Shown here: in pieces, positions 9,001 to 15,416 of the stretch
Layout of the letters: every line of letters starts with the position of its first letter
Numbering within the stretch: position 1 is the stretch's first letter
Virus record (IMG/VR): IMGVR_UViG_3300018432_000570
Span: 1-62,168 of that record
Direction: 5' to 3' (one strand)
DNA length: 62,168 nt
DNA from: a virus
Lineage: Duplodnaviria; Caudoviricetes
The notes under the pieces: model-generated
The model's database searches: none
What the model saw: only the letters and a program-made list of their open reading frames with translations
Told to the model about the DNA's origin: nothing
Made by a program: the position numbers and the translations under genes

Positions 9001-11256
9001 GATCTCGCCATATCCGGAGTGGACGGTGTAATCCCGGTTGGTGAACCCGAAACGGTCGCCGAGATCGGTCAGGACGACGTTCTCGAGGCCTTTGACGACC
9101 AGGGGGTCGTTTGGAATGACCAGATCCTCGGCCGCGAAGAGCGCCTTGAACGCCTTCGGGGTCAGCAGGCCCGCCAGGTTGCTCGCATCGTAGAGCTTTC
9201 GCAGGTCCGGAGACGCCGACTGCATCGCGCCGTTGTGCCAGAACACGCCGTTCTGGCCGTACAGAAGGCCTTCGCGGGCCGCAAAGCTGAGCGTGTCGTA
9301 ATCGCTCTTCCCTTGGTTGCCGTAGAGGGCGTTGCGCATGTCGACGGTCAGCGTATCCGCGAGCCAACCGAGGCCGTCTTTCGACACATGGAGGGTGTCG
9401 GCCGAGTCGGTGAGGTCGGACTTCTCGACGCCGACAAGGGTGTCGGACGTATATTTGCCGCCGATCGTCCCCGTGATCCTGGCCTGCGCCTTGACGTTCG
9501 TCAGCAGGCCCGCTCCGGACAGATTGGGTGCGATGACGAGCCCGAGATTGAGGCCGGGGCTGCCGGCGATGTTGTAATCGACCTTGTCCCCGCCGCCGGC
9601 GCCGCCGAGCAGGATGTTGCGCCCGCCGCCGCCCTTGATCGTGTCGTCGCCGCCGCCGCCGTCGATCAAATCGTCGCCGTCGCCGCTGTCGAGGCTGTCG
9701 GTGCCGCCTCCGCCCAGCAGGAGGTCGTTTCCGGAGGTACCGCGGACGGTGTCGGCGCCCTCGCCGCCGGCATAGACGTCGACATGGGCGCCGTTGCCGC
9801 GGGTCGGAGGCGCCGGATAGGGGCGCTCCGAAAGAGCGGTCGGGCCGGACCCGTCCTTCGTCCGGATGTGGAAGCGGTCGAAAATCTCCGCGGTGTCGGA
9901 ATCCCAGCCGAGCATCGCCAGCTCGTCGGGCGAGGCTATCCCGAGCAGGACCTTGATCGATTCGGCCCAGCCGGCGTCGGCCTGGGCGAAGAACGCCTCG
10001 CGGAACTCGGCGATGGCGATCGGGTCGAGCTTGACGCTCTGATTGAGCGCGTCCCTCCACATCTCTCGCGACGTATCGAAGGTGAGGATGTCCGGCTTGA
10101 GCGCCAATATGCCCTCGCGGACGTTGTAGCCCGCGGTGTTGCCCTGCTCGCGGTCGTAGAGCGCAAGCGCGGCGGCATATTGGACGAGGACGTCGGCAAG
10201 ATACTGCTTGACGTTCTTGTTCGTAACCCTGGCGCCGAAAAAGGACGCCTCGCTACCGTCGAGGACTTGGCCGAGATCCCCAGCATCATTGAACATCGAC
10301 CAGATGCCGGTATCGCCGAACGGCTTGGCGTCGTCCTCGTAGGAAGCATCGAGCGCGGAATATGCGATGGCGGACTGGAGGACTCCGCCGACACCCTTCA
10401 TGGGATCCTGCTCGGTCGCCTTGCCCGAACGGTTCTCGATTCCGTGCACGCCTTTGGCGACCGCCTCGTCGAAAAACGCATTCCACAGATATTCGCCGGC
10501 GTTGTGCCAAAGCGTGCCGCCGTGCACCTCGTTCCACCGAAGGGCGACGTGCAGCGCCTGAGAGTGCAAGGCCGACATGCCGAGCTTGCTCTTGCTGTCG
10601 AGATATTGCGTCTCCGGAATCTGGTCGAAACGCGATATGCTCAGCGCTTCTCCCTTCGTCCCGAGGGCGGTAATGCCGGCGACGTTGGGAGCAACGACCT
10701 CGTGATTTCCGTAGATGCTCTCTCGGAACCCCGGAGCCAGGCCAGACAGGGCCAGCAGCCACGCAGTTTGGCTCGACAGATTGAACGGCATGTTGTCGAA
10801 GACGACCGACGGACCTCCGTAGAGGGACGAAACATAGCCGGCCAGCCCGCCGCCCAAGGAGTGGCCGGTAGTGGTCACCCACGTGTTGAAGGGGTCGTTG
10901 CCTTGGTCGACCCCGACCACGGACTTGTAGAATGCGATCGCGCGCGAAGCTTGCGGACTGGTCGGCAGGCCCGCCCCGGTCAGGAAACCATTCAGGGGAT
11001 CTTTAAAAAAGCCCCATTGGTCGGTCCCGCGGTAGCTGACGACCTTTTCGCCATCCCAATCGTAAGCGATGGCGTAGAAGCTGGCTGCGACCGAGCCCTC
11101 CGGCAGCCCGATGTCCATGATCGTGGCAAGTCCGAGCTTGCGACCGGCCTCGTTCTGATCCGTCCGCGAATCACCGATGTTGAGAAGGACACCCTGCCCG
11201 TAACCGCGATTGTATGAATCCATCGCCAGGATGGACAGGAAAAGGTCACGGTCCAT
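1..11256 (-). CDS. Giant RTX / Ca-binding type I-secreted protein (>=3752 aa, 3' end outside window)
   Basis: ATG at 11256 (MDRDLFLSILAMDSYNRGY); same frame reaches position 1 (..DVVDDHAG). Many GGxGxD nonapeptides; TGHSLGG at ~10852-10870; DPLVLDLDGDGIET at ~7915-7956. Long + strand ORFs here are in-register antisense shadows. Absence of internal stops spot-checked, not verified codon by codon. Confidence 0.9.
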   Translation of the reverse strand, partial: MDRDLFLSILAMDSYNRGYGQGVLLNIGDSRTDQNEAGRKLGLATIMDIGLPEGSVAASFYAIAYDWDGEKVVSYRGTDQWGFFKDPLNGFLTGAGLPTSPQASRAIAFYKSVVGVDQGNDPFNTWVTTTGHSLGGGLAGYVSSLYGGPSVVFDNMPFNLSSQTAWLLALSGLAPGFRESIYGNHEVVAPNVAGITALGTKGEALSISRFDQIPETQYLDSKSKLGMSALHSQALHVALRWNEVHGGTLWHNAGEYLWNAFFDEAVAKGVHGIENRSGKATEQDPMKGVGGVLQSAIAYSALDASYEDDAKPFGDTGIWSMFNDAGDLGQVLDGSEASFFGARVTNKNVKQYLADVLVQYAAALALYDREQGNTAGYNVREGILALKPDILTFDTSREMWRDALNQSVKLDPIAIAEFREAFFAQADAGWAESIKVLLGIASPDELAMLGWDSDTAEIFDRFHIRTKDGSGPTALSERPYPAPPTRGNGAHVDVYAGGEGADTVRGTSGNDLLLGGGGTDSLDSGDGDDLIDGGGGDDTIKGGGGRNILLGGAGGGDKVDYNIAGSPGLNLGLVIAPNLSGAGLLTNVKAQARITGTIGGKYTSDTLVGVEKSDLTDSADTLHVSKDGLGWLADTLTVDMRNALYGNQGKSDYDTLSFAAREGLLYGQNGVFWHNGAMQSASPDLRKLYDASNLAGLLTPKAFKALFAAEDLVIPNDPLVVKGLENVVLTDLGDRFGFTNRDYTVHSGYGEIKAGDGDDIVFYEGAKFIKAGTVLNPGMQAAADIRKLENAARALAGLPPLPVLPDSPKTLENLRLEIDGGKGNDWIFANGGEKAVTAGGLGRDWIFNTSKGGELWGDYASGVDAQGRRAEDNAANSDNFWFAPDVTIMDAQHHDVLKFYGLPLTGGNTAITALFTGMAGALTGGDGGLGAFANMIDIATGKADPTRGLFFDHFLPFITYIYRDGDLYVGNVFDGLLKVLMGDSAAGMFSGTHAEDDPTTWEDETKNLTGFMRVENFHFVGSWSGFTQFGLGAGASGGTAAGSLNMVFKQVNPIFDILARLPQTLITFAMSGAGPLVDMAMTLAAAADRFAKGVGWQKGVDPLVLDLDGDGIETIAVDGARTYFDIDNDMFAERTGWLKGDDGFLVVDANRNGLIDDISEMFGGPGASGFAELAGYDTNVDGKISVADLIWSELKVWQDRNGDGRTQSAELRSLADIGIVSINLSRTALDTVTPQGTRLLAGGTFTFDTGRVGGLFDAVFESDNVDTRYTGESGAAPWQQGLTLGAKGFGTITNLSVAMANDVELGTLAAATAAAMTTPKLKTLREQAGAVLGKWGATLELTRELTPVLLGTDAGGKTVLLDRAIYVEDSTGGYWTLASGAQVRDSGGVAIARPTMEQVLAQGTGWRLEQAWSPSSRATETHFRDEAPYLMKVVDGRAVILDYGIEKADGSWRLASGTAVLGSGGQPIAAPTRADILAMAHPAGQEWRTEEIGFNPHAAITVGAIGVRFTDNRVVDYTVQVTDRDGKFYVWARNLDRALELEAKTGDARDFNLRNYEVDFDHLDEVGSTDDSTYRVELLTPAQFHFATSLGGLDFHPGMLSASIDAATGHISYSVNDSGRASLATDHYESAIKPMIGMLGVVMDQYVIASRRFAVRMALQGGMKDFARGLTYDVATDKYRPTTGRELAPMFEAIFEKAPASNANDAVLDYLTDWNEILWQVYPDYALKGSGNLMGSTVQIDQAFIFQMLLPAFEKGIDLDIRGVAHALSVDETRIVTHSAAATEVDGTTKTDFFYMSTGNQTFRGGAGSDYYFVGKNSGSDVIYDRDLGDNDELRFTDVASSQVKATREGQDLILEITGRPDVIRLTDQFLGELNDLTTGGKKFETGVNAIVFADGVIWDRFRMSMEVVDRARAAGNFNDSLVGSGSGDVLWGGKGNDAMSGGAGGDFYVFERGDGQDVINDRGAFSFGPVKAGIDFLRFGPGITADNLKLVRDRASANLKIILLDANGNPTTDSIEIVGQLGGITLNLGLFGELMGGSEGLDYVSPTLIERFIFDDGTSLEFTQIVEQVLKNAKTDGDDFIYGLLNANTLDGGKGDDLLTGYEGNDTYVFGRGYGRDIVEDRDLSFKAFSGPQHDKLKFIDDLRWSDFEFKRDGNGAGDTLTLRVRGTADEVILTNFLEEIPFIGHVNVLEDIEFGDGTVWSYLKLLQHYVNIAKTTGDDLIYGFEGIGDSIDGGAGNDRLVGMSGSDVYQFGRGYGTDTIFDDGGSDRVVLAGIASTDVDFTRTALDLIITVRNSGERIILERQYVRDGVQHAAVEYFQFSDRTVVFTEINAEDIDLIGTSAGETINGSDFGELIDGRAGADTLIGGDGGDTYKFDAGYGHDVIEDRRLRASWQDRAGVQVPVDDVIEFGDDIRWKVNRNIVFTASGSDLLITLTDRPADSLRIKNQFGELEDAIEIFRFKDGTVLNIKDILEEAGEEAGNFGDNIITVPDLAINDPQTLDGRQGDDTLRGGNAGDTYTFTSDYDFDRIEERLDRAGAIDRIFFGASVDKNALIVTRNDDDLVIDLGNGTDVVTIVGGLANTRIEEFHFADGSVMTLEQIIDRLLTGTAADERLIGFDNRNDTISGAAGSDAMAGGLGNDVYRFGLGDGSDSVDDSGGVDRIDFGPAITQDQVAFRNVDGDLLITLVSGEKLVVLGGYTQKPVETFRFADGTSLAIADVRALIQAGAPNGGQDRLDLRELGAAAAVGPGAGHDRIIMATDGRIVFNAGDGIDRIEMPSGVTHAIVEIAGYGSGEAVVRLAALDSSDLIIAFPSTGDQLILVGAAGGGAVPTIEFADGQIWDAAALIQRSIADQSGEGDDFILGSARDDVFSGGRGNDQVSGGGGNDEYHYSRGDGRDVVEDGAGHDILKISGYRPDEMRVGRTAPGANELILSFGDGADEVVLRYGAALAGVDIVEFGDGTQISRDQLFDRVDGEGSTRDDRLTGTAGDEIFSGGTGNDVIVGGGGSDVYRFNRGDGQDRIESNGSADGRGLVEFGAGIELEDIAVKRDSDGNLVLVLVGTNDRLTLVDPAGDSDPVIAQVRFADGRSLTHAQLALSVPPSDRDDHIVASASSINGGAVPGGNVDGGLGNDRLEGGRGADIMAGGKGDDLLEGKSGADTYYFERGDGQDVIVDFEEDDRSKLDRIRFGPGIAPEDIRILAVGPADLVIGIAGTGDRLTLRNMLVDSNAPTDHGVEEFVFANGVTWSLNDIYARLSLGTGGDDVIDLGTSLDLALTLDGGTGDDLLAGGHGDNHYVFRRGDGRDTIREGNNWWWSDDTLQLGAGIAPAEVVVVREGDDLVLRIVGSQDRIRIEGQATASPPPIDRVTFANGAQWSAADLIAQAVTAEAAERRLNPSVAGVDPFAAAPFAGAPGGGSGGGGATGGDEEGVGSAGGPRTLTGTAGRDTYRLFVPLAADDDAVVTITDFQIGDSGDILDIRIAVGLAGTVVTRQVGADTYVYFAPPGLASLDDARLLLRLAGVAAGSLTAGNFNGAPFASAADAEIEGDGGANTLTGGWGDDVVRGNQGADVLDGGPGNDTLIGGGQGDVYLFGRGSGRDTVDDHGGAWWNTGDYDRVQLGAGITAADIQVVQTSANDLELRIVGTDDSLRLFETVNNGDRRIEEVRFADGTVWLHSDLMARALAPTAGDDVLHDDYDGRTLLGGAGNDELRGNQGEDVLDGGAGNDLLVGGGQRDVYRFGRGYGQDVVDDHAG

Positions 11257-11936
11257 TATATAGTCCCCTGATGGAAGTCGCCGTGCCAAAGTGAATGCGC
11301 GAAAGTAGAATTGATCGACCAGCGGTTGTCCGGATCAAGCCGAGGTTCCGGATGGAAGCCGAGCCAAGGCAGCCTCTTGCGGATCGTCATCGTGACCGGC
11401 TCGTCGGTGATCTGGACCGTAATGCGCTCGAGCGAGTAGCCGGGGCCGAAGACCGCCGCCAAATCGGCGGGCTCGACCGGCTCCACCGTCATGGGGTCCG
11501 CCGGATCCTCGAAGGTCACCAACGCAGGATAGGGCAGGTAGCTCGAACGCAAGACCTGAGGAGAGGGCATCTCGTAGACGCTGCGAGTGCTGTCCGCCTC
11601 GCTCAACAGGGCGCCCATCGCACCCTTGCGCCCGGCGATCGCGTAAAATCCCGACAAGATGGTCTCGTGGGGATTCCGGTTGAGAAGCGCGAACAAGGTC
11701 CTGCCCGACGGCAGATCCACCATCACCGCCTGGCCCCGCTGCCTGACGTCCAACGCATGCGCCTCGGGGGTGAGTGCCGGTTGCCCCTTCCAACGGATCT
11801 CGCGCACCGCGAAGCCAGTGCGCGGGCCATCCGGCGTGGAGACCTCGACGGTCATTCGATAGCGATAGATGCGCCAGGGCGAGTAAAACAGGCTGGCCCC
11901 TGCGAGCAGCGCGATCAGACCAAGGATCCAGCTCAT
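11256..11936 (-). CDS. Membrane-anchored/exported hypothetical protein coupled to the RTX gene
   Basis: Likely start MSWILGLIALLAGASL (hydrophobic N-terminus); stop TAA overlaps the RTX ATG (TAATG). Confidence 0.75.
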   Translation of the reverse strand: MSWILGLIALLAGASLFYSPWRIYRYRMTVEVSTPDGPRTGFAVREIRWKGQPALTPEAHALDVRQRGQAVMVDLPSGRTLFALLNRNPHETILSGFYAIAGRKGAMGALLSEADSTRSVYEMPSPQVLRSSYLPYPALVTFEDPADPMTVEPVEPADLAAVFGPGYSLERITVQITDEPVTMTIRKRLPWLGFHPEPRLDPDNRWSINSTFAHSLWHGDFHQGTI

Positions 11937-12414
11937 CTGTCCGCCCCACCTCACGCCGACCTCGCCACCGGCGAAGCGCCCGCGGCCCTCGCCCTGCCGG
12001 CATGGCGGTGAAGCCGGCCGGCCATGGGGTGCGGCAAAGGCAGGTCGGCGGGGGCAAGGAGGCGCATCGGCAACAGCGCGGCGGCGCCCGCCACACCCCT
12101 CGACCGTCTTGGCCTGTCCCCCGACATGCGCTTCCCCCACGACTGCAAGACGCACCTCATCGCCGCCGGAAACGCAACCCACGCGCTTCGAACGCACCTT
12201 CCGGCGAGGCCGGACGGCCAGACTCGGGAATCCCCCCTTTAGAGTCCCCAGTCTTCTACAAAACGTCTTTGCCGTCAATTGCTTGAAAGCAGTGAATCGC
12301 TCCAATTCGGCGGAAAAAAAGATGTGCGCGGCGATCGTTTCTCTCGCAGCGGCGCAATTGCTTTGGGTCGAGGCGCGTTGACAGGGCATCCGCGGCCACT
12401 AAGCTTGGGCCGTC

Positions 12415-13056
12415 GTGGAACAGGGAGTTGATCGGGTGGCGAAGACAGTAAAAGAGGCGGCGGCGAAAAATGATGACGGCGCCGGCGGATCGAACGGGGG
12501 CGGTGGCGCCGACGTTCCGGCGGGCGCCGAGGCGCCGGCCACGCCTCAGCTCGATCCCGAGCTTGCCGCCAAGATCGCCGCCGTCCGCTCCCATGTCCGC
12601 GAGAGCTTCGGCAAGGTGGTGATGGCGCTGATGATGCTTCCGCGCTACCGCCGCCAGACGCTCGGCGATCTCCAGCACCTCGTCCTCGAGCCGCTGATCC
12701 GCGACCGGATCGCCATCGCCTATCCGGGCAAGGATTCGGGCGGGCTCGCCGACATCACCGGCTTCGCGATCTGGGCGAGCGTCTCGGAAGAGGTCGACGC
12801 TTCGATCCGCGAGCAGATCAAGGCGGGCGCCTTCCCGCTCCGGCTCAAGCCCGACGACTGGAATTCGGGATCGATCAACTGGCTGATCGACGTGATCGCT
12901 CCCGATCAGAAGACCACCGCCCGAGTGATCGGCAATTTCAACCAGGTGGTGAAGGAGGGCTCGCTTCGCCTCCATCCGTTGATCACCCGGCTGGTCGACG
13001 AGGAGACTCTGAAGAAGATGGGCGCCGAGAAGATCGGAGCGCCCGCGGCCGCCTGA
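12415..13056 (+). CDS. Toxin-activating lysine acyltransferase-like protein (HlyC/RtxC family)
   Basis: FGKVVMALM..PRYR, FAIWASVSEE, RLKPDDWNSGSINWLIDVIAP motifs; next to an RTX gene. Start may be GTG 12436. Confidence 0.8.
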   Translation: MEQGVDRVAKTVKEAAAKNDDGAGGSNGGGGADVPAGAEAPATPQLDPELAAKIAAVRSHVRESFGKVVMALMMLPRYRRQTLGDLQHLVLEPLIRDRIAIAYPGKDSGGLADITGFAIWASVSEEVDASIREQIKAGAFPLRLKPDDWNSGSINWLIDVIAPDQKTTARVIGNFNQVVKEGSLRLHPLITRLVDEETLKKMGAEKIGAPAAA

Positions 13057-13137
13057 GGCCGTGCCGCCCCATCGCCGCCGCGATAAGGGGTATGGTATCC
13101 GGTCGTTCAGCCGCCCGAGACCGGGCAGGCCAGACGC

Positions 13138-13173
13138 TAAAAAGCCCCGGAAATCCGCAGATTTCCGGGGCTT
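13138..13173 (-). terminator. Rho-independent terminator (original host tRNA terminator)
   Basis: AAGCCCCGGAAATC-cgca-GATTTCCGGGGCTT hairpin followed by a T-run on the minus strand, just past the displaced tRNA 3' end. Confidence 0.8.
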
Positions 13174-13177
13174 GTCT

Positions 13178-13231
13178 ATGGTGGGCGTAGCAAGGATTGA
13201 ACTTGCGACCCCTGCGATGTCAACACAGTGC
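13178..13231 (-). repeat. Left att site: duplicated 3' part of tRNA-Val(GAC)
   Basis: 54-bp direct repeat of 58887-58940, single mismatch (13189 A vs 58898 G). Confidence 0.97.
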
Positions 13232-13281
13232 CTACGGCCATAAACCGCAGAAAACCGCCATTTTCTCCGAACTAGAAGCGC

Positions 13282-13296
13282 GAACGAGCGTGGAAC
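13282..13296. promoter_or_regulatory. Alphaproteobacterial LexA box
   Basis: GAAC-gagcgtg-GAAC (GAAC-N7-GAAC), non-coding, 50 bp inside the left att. Confidence 0.55.
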
Positions 13297-13317
13297 ATCG
13301 CCCAATTTGCGCACGGG

Positions 13318-13338
13318 TTTACCGCGCTTTTACCGCGC
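13318..13338 (+). repeat. Putative integrase arm-type sites (left)
   Basis: Tandem TTTACCGCGC x2; matching pair at 58807-58827. Confidence 0.65.
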
Positions 13339-13360
13339 CGCTTTTCAGAGGGAGGTTCGC

Positions 13361-13573
13361 ATGACACGAGAAGTATGCTCGACAACCCCGCCGGCCGAGG
13401 ACGAGCAGGTGTGGTACCGCGAGGACCTGATCCTTTCCGCGCTCCAGCAGGCTTTGGACGCAGCGGTCCGCGCCGGAGGTCAGCCGGCAAAGGCTATCGC
13501 CTGGGACATCAATTACAATTTCAAGCGCACGCTGAAGACCGGCGAGCCGCTAGCGTCCGAGGCAGCAGCATGA
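13361..13573 (+). CDS. Phage hypothetical protein
   Basis: GGGAGG RBS before ATG 13361. Confidence 0.55.
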   Translation: MTREVCSTTPPAEDEQVWYREDLILSALQQALDAAVRAGGQPAKAIAWDINYNFKRTLKTGEPLASEAAA

Positions 13574-13601
13574 CCGCACATTCTGTTCTTGGGAGGTTCG
13601 C

Positions 13602-13979
13602 ATGACGGCCAAGGTGTGGCTGCTTTGGGCTAGCCAAGGCGATTATAGCGACCGGAACGAATGGCCGGTCCATGCCTACGAGGATCGGGAGTCGGCTGAA
13701 TATGCCGTAGTCCGGCTCGAGGCGCTCTATCGCGAACTGAAGCGGCGGCGCGACGAGTGGGACGAGAATGAGCCTGACGATGCCTGTCAGGCCGAAGGCT
13801 ACGATTGGGATTGGGCGTCCAAGAAGGCCTTCCGCACCAAGGAGGGCCGCGAATTCAAGGCGCTCTATGGCGGCACCTGCGACCTCAATTCCTATTCCGA
13901 ACTCACCCTTACCTGCGCCGAGATCGAAGTGTGGCCCCCGAACCTGCGCGGCGTGATCGAAAAGGCCGTTCCAGCATGA
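13602..13979 (+). CDS. Phage hypothetical protein
   Basis: Strong RBS, protein-like acidic/aromatic composition. Confidence 0.7.
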   Translation: MTAKVWLLWASQGDYSDRNEWPVHAYEDRESAEYAVVRLEALYRELKRRRDEWDENEPDDACQAEGYDWDWASKKAFRTKEGREFKALYGGTCDLNSYSELTLTCAEIEVWPPNLRGVIEKAVPA

Positions 13980-14200
13980 CTCCTTCCTCTGCCTTCGGAG
14001 GGGAGGTCCGCGAGCGCATTGAGCGGGAGGTTCGGGATAATCGGGCCGCGAGGCTCAGGGCCGTCGCCACACTTGATTGCCCGACATGCGGAGCGGCGCC
14101 GGGTGAGCCCTGTCGCGCCAGTTCGCCTCGGACCAAGTATTATCCGCATAAGCAGGTCCACGTTGCGCGCTGGAGGCATCTTTTGCCGGCTCAACCCTAA
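13976..14200 (+). CDS. Small zinc-finger protein
   Basis: ATGA overlap; CPTCGAAPGEPCR...H..R motif. Confidence 0.6.
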   Translation: MTPSSAFGGEVRERIEREVRDNRAARLRAVATLDCPTCGAAPGEPCRASSPRTKYYPHKQVHVARWRHLLPAQP

Positions 14201-14318
14201 TACAGAGGAAAGAGATAATGGACGCTTGGGGGGTTGTGTGTATCGTTTTTGCCTGCTGGATCTTTGCCGCTGCTATCGTGGCCGCCGCCTTATATTCGGA
14301 CAGTCGGAGGGGCAGTAG

Positions 14319-14522
14319 ATGAAGACAATGAGAGAGGACGAGCCCTTCGCCGACTTCGAGATATGGCAGGACGGTCTGATGGTGGCCTGGGTATCCGGGC
14401 CGCGCTCGCGAGCTGAGGCGGACGCTGCCCACCACGCACTCGTTTACGGACAGGACGGCCCCGTAGATGTTCGCGACGTGACGGATGGTCACCCCGGCAC
14501 CTCCACCCCCAGCACGACATAG
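14319..14522 (+). CDS. Phage hypothetical protein
   Basis: GGAGGGG RBS; FEIWQDGLMVAWV. Confidence 0.55.
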   Translation: MKTMREDEPFADFEIWQDGLMVAWVSGPRSRAEADAAHHALVYGQDGPVDVRDVTDGHPGTSTPSTT

Positions 14523-14773
14523 ATTCTTCTATATGCGTTAGTAAGCGATTGCCGACGTCCGACCTGGTGGGCGTAGAGATCTGAGATTCCGATGTTCGTC
14601 GCCTCTTTCCAGAACTGGTCGAAGGGATCGCGATCGTCGGTGAAGTTGGCCAGCATGGCGAGGGTGAGCTTCAGAGCCGCGGATTTCGGGACCGGTCCCT
14701 TCATCGCCTCGGCATAGGCTTCGTCCAGTGCAAGGAGGGCTTTATCCCTTAGGTCGGTGGGGCTGAGTCGCAT
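14489..14773 (-). CDS. Small helical protein with LexA box at its start (candidate SOS-induced antirepressor)
   Basis: MRLSPTDLRDKALLALDEA...; lone minus-strand gene among + genes; LexA box 4 bp upstream. Alternative start 14782. Confidence 0.7.
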   Translation of the reverse strand: MRLSPTDLRDKALLALDEAYAEAMKGPVPKSAALKLTLAMLANFTDDRDPFDQFWKEATNIGISDLYAHQVGRRQSLTNAYRRIYVVLGVEVPG

Positions 14774-14776
14774 TTG

Positions 14777-14791
14777 GAACATGAATGGAAC
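14777..14791. promoter_or_regulatory. Alphaproteobacterial LexA box
   Basis: GAAC-atgaatg-GAAC, i.e. GTTC-cattcat-GTTC on the minus strand. Confidence 0.75.
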
Positions 14792-14796
14792 AGAAG

Positions 14797-15006
14797 ATGT
14801 CGATGCTCAAGCCGTGCCAGTGCGGGCGACAGCCCGAGCTAGTGGAGTTCGTCGGTTATGCGGGCTTTGCGGTGGAGTGCCCCGGCTGCGGCTGGAAGGG
14901 GCGGAAGTTCGGTGCGCACCTTATGCCTGAGGGTATTCCGAACCCGGACCTGTGGCGACAGGCGGCGGTCGACTCCTGGAATCGCGGGGAGGTCTGCGAG
15001 CCATGA
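14797..15006 (+). CDS. Lar-like (restriction alleviation) zinc-ribbon protein
   Basis: LKPCQCG...VECPGCG...AAVDSWNR pattern. Confidence 0.6.
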   Translation: MSMLKPCQCGRQPELVEFVGYAGFAVECPGCGWKGRKFGAHLMPEGIPNPDLWRQAAVDSWNRGEVCEP

Positions 15007-15168
15007 GAGGTGAGGCTGCGGCCGGCGCTCTGCTGCTACACGGGCGCGAATTTTGGGTTCGACCGTCTGGCGGCCTGGCGTCGGACCTGTACTGACCTGT
15101 GTCGACCTGTACCCCTGCCCCTCACAATCAGATAGTAACTGACCATATCGTGCGCGCCAACGAAATGG

Positions 15169-15414
15169 TCAGTCGAACCTCTCCGCCGTCCTCTCTGCCT
15201 TAGCCGACACGGCAGCCGCGAGCTCGGCCCGGGCATCTCGCATCTCATCCCGGGTGCGATCGTCCGGCGCCCGGCTGGTCAACTGGTCGATGATGCCCGT
15301 CAGACTGCTGGCGACCCCGAGGAGGGGCGATGCAGCGGAGGCGCCGGGGATCGCTGCCGACACTTGCTGAGCCGTCTTGAGGACGCCTTGGATGATCTGG
15401 AGATAGTCAGCCAT
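15169..15414 (-). CDS. Hypothetical lysis-region protein
   Basis: Last gene of the late operon, GGAG RBS, amphipathic. Confidence 0.7.
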   Translation of the reverse strand: MADYLQIIQGVLKTAQQVSAAIPGASAASPLLGVASSLTGIIDQLTSRAPDDRTRDEMRDARAELAAAVSAKAERTAERFD

Positions 15415-15416
15415 AG

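Noticed and set aside
7-11217. Long + strand ORFs (620, 460, 267, 2307 aa)
   Set aside because: In-register antisense shadows of the RTX gene; no motifs of their own.
11937-12389. 5' extension of the 377-aa ORF
   Set aside because: Arg/Gly-rich non-protein-like sequence; the RBS and signal-like segment point to ATG 11936.
13178-13231. Second tRNA-Val gene
   Set aside because: Lacks the 5' acceptor strand and D-arm; it is the att duplication.
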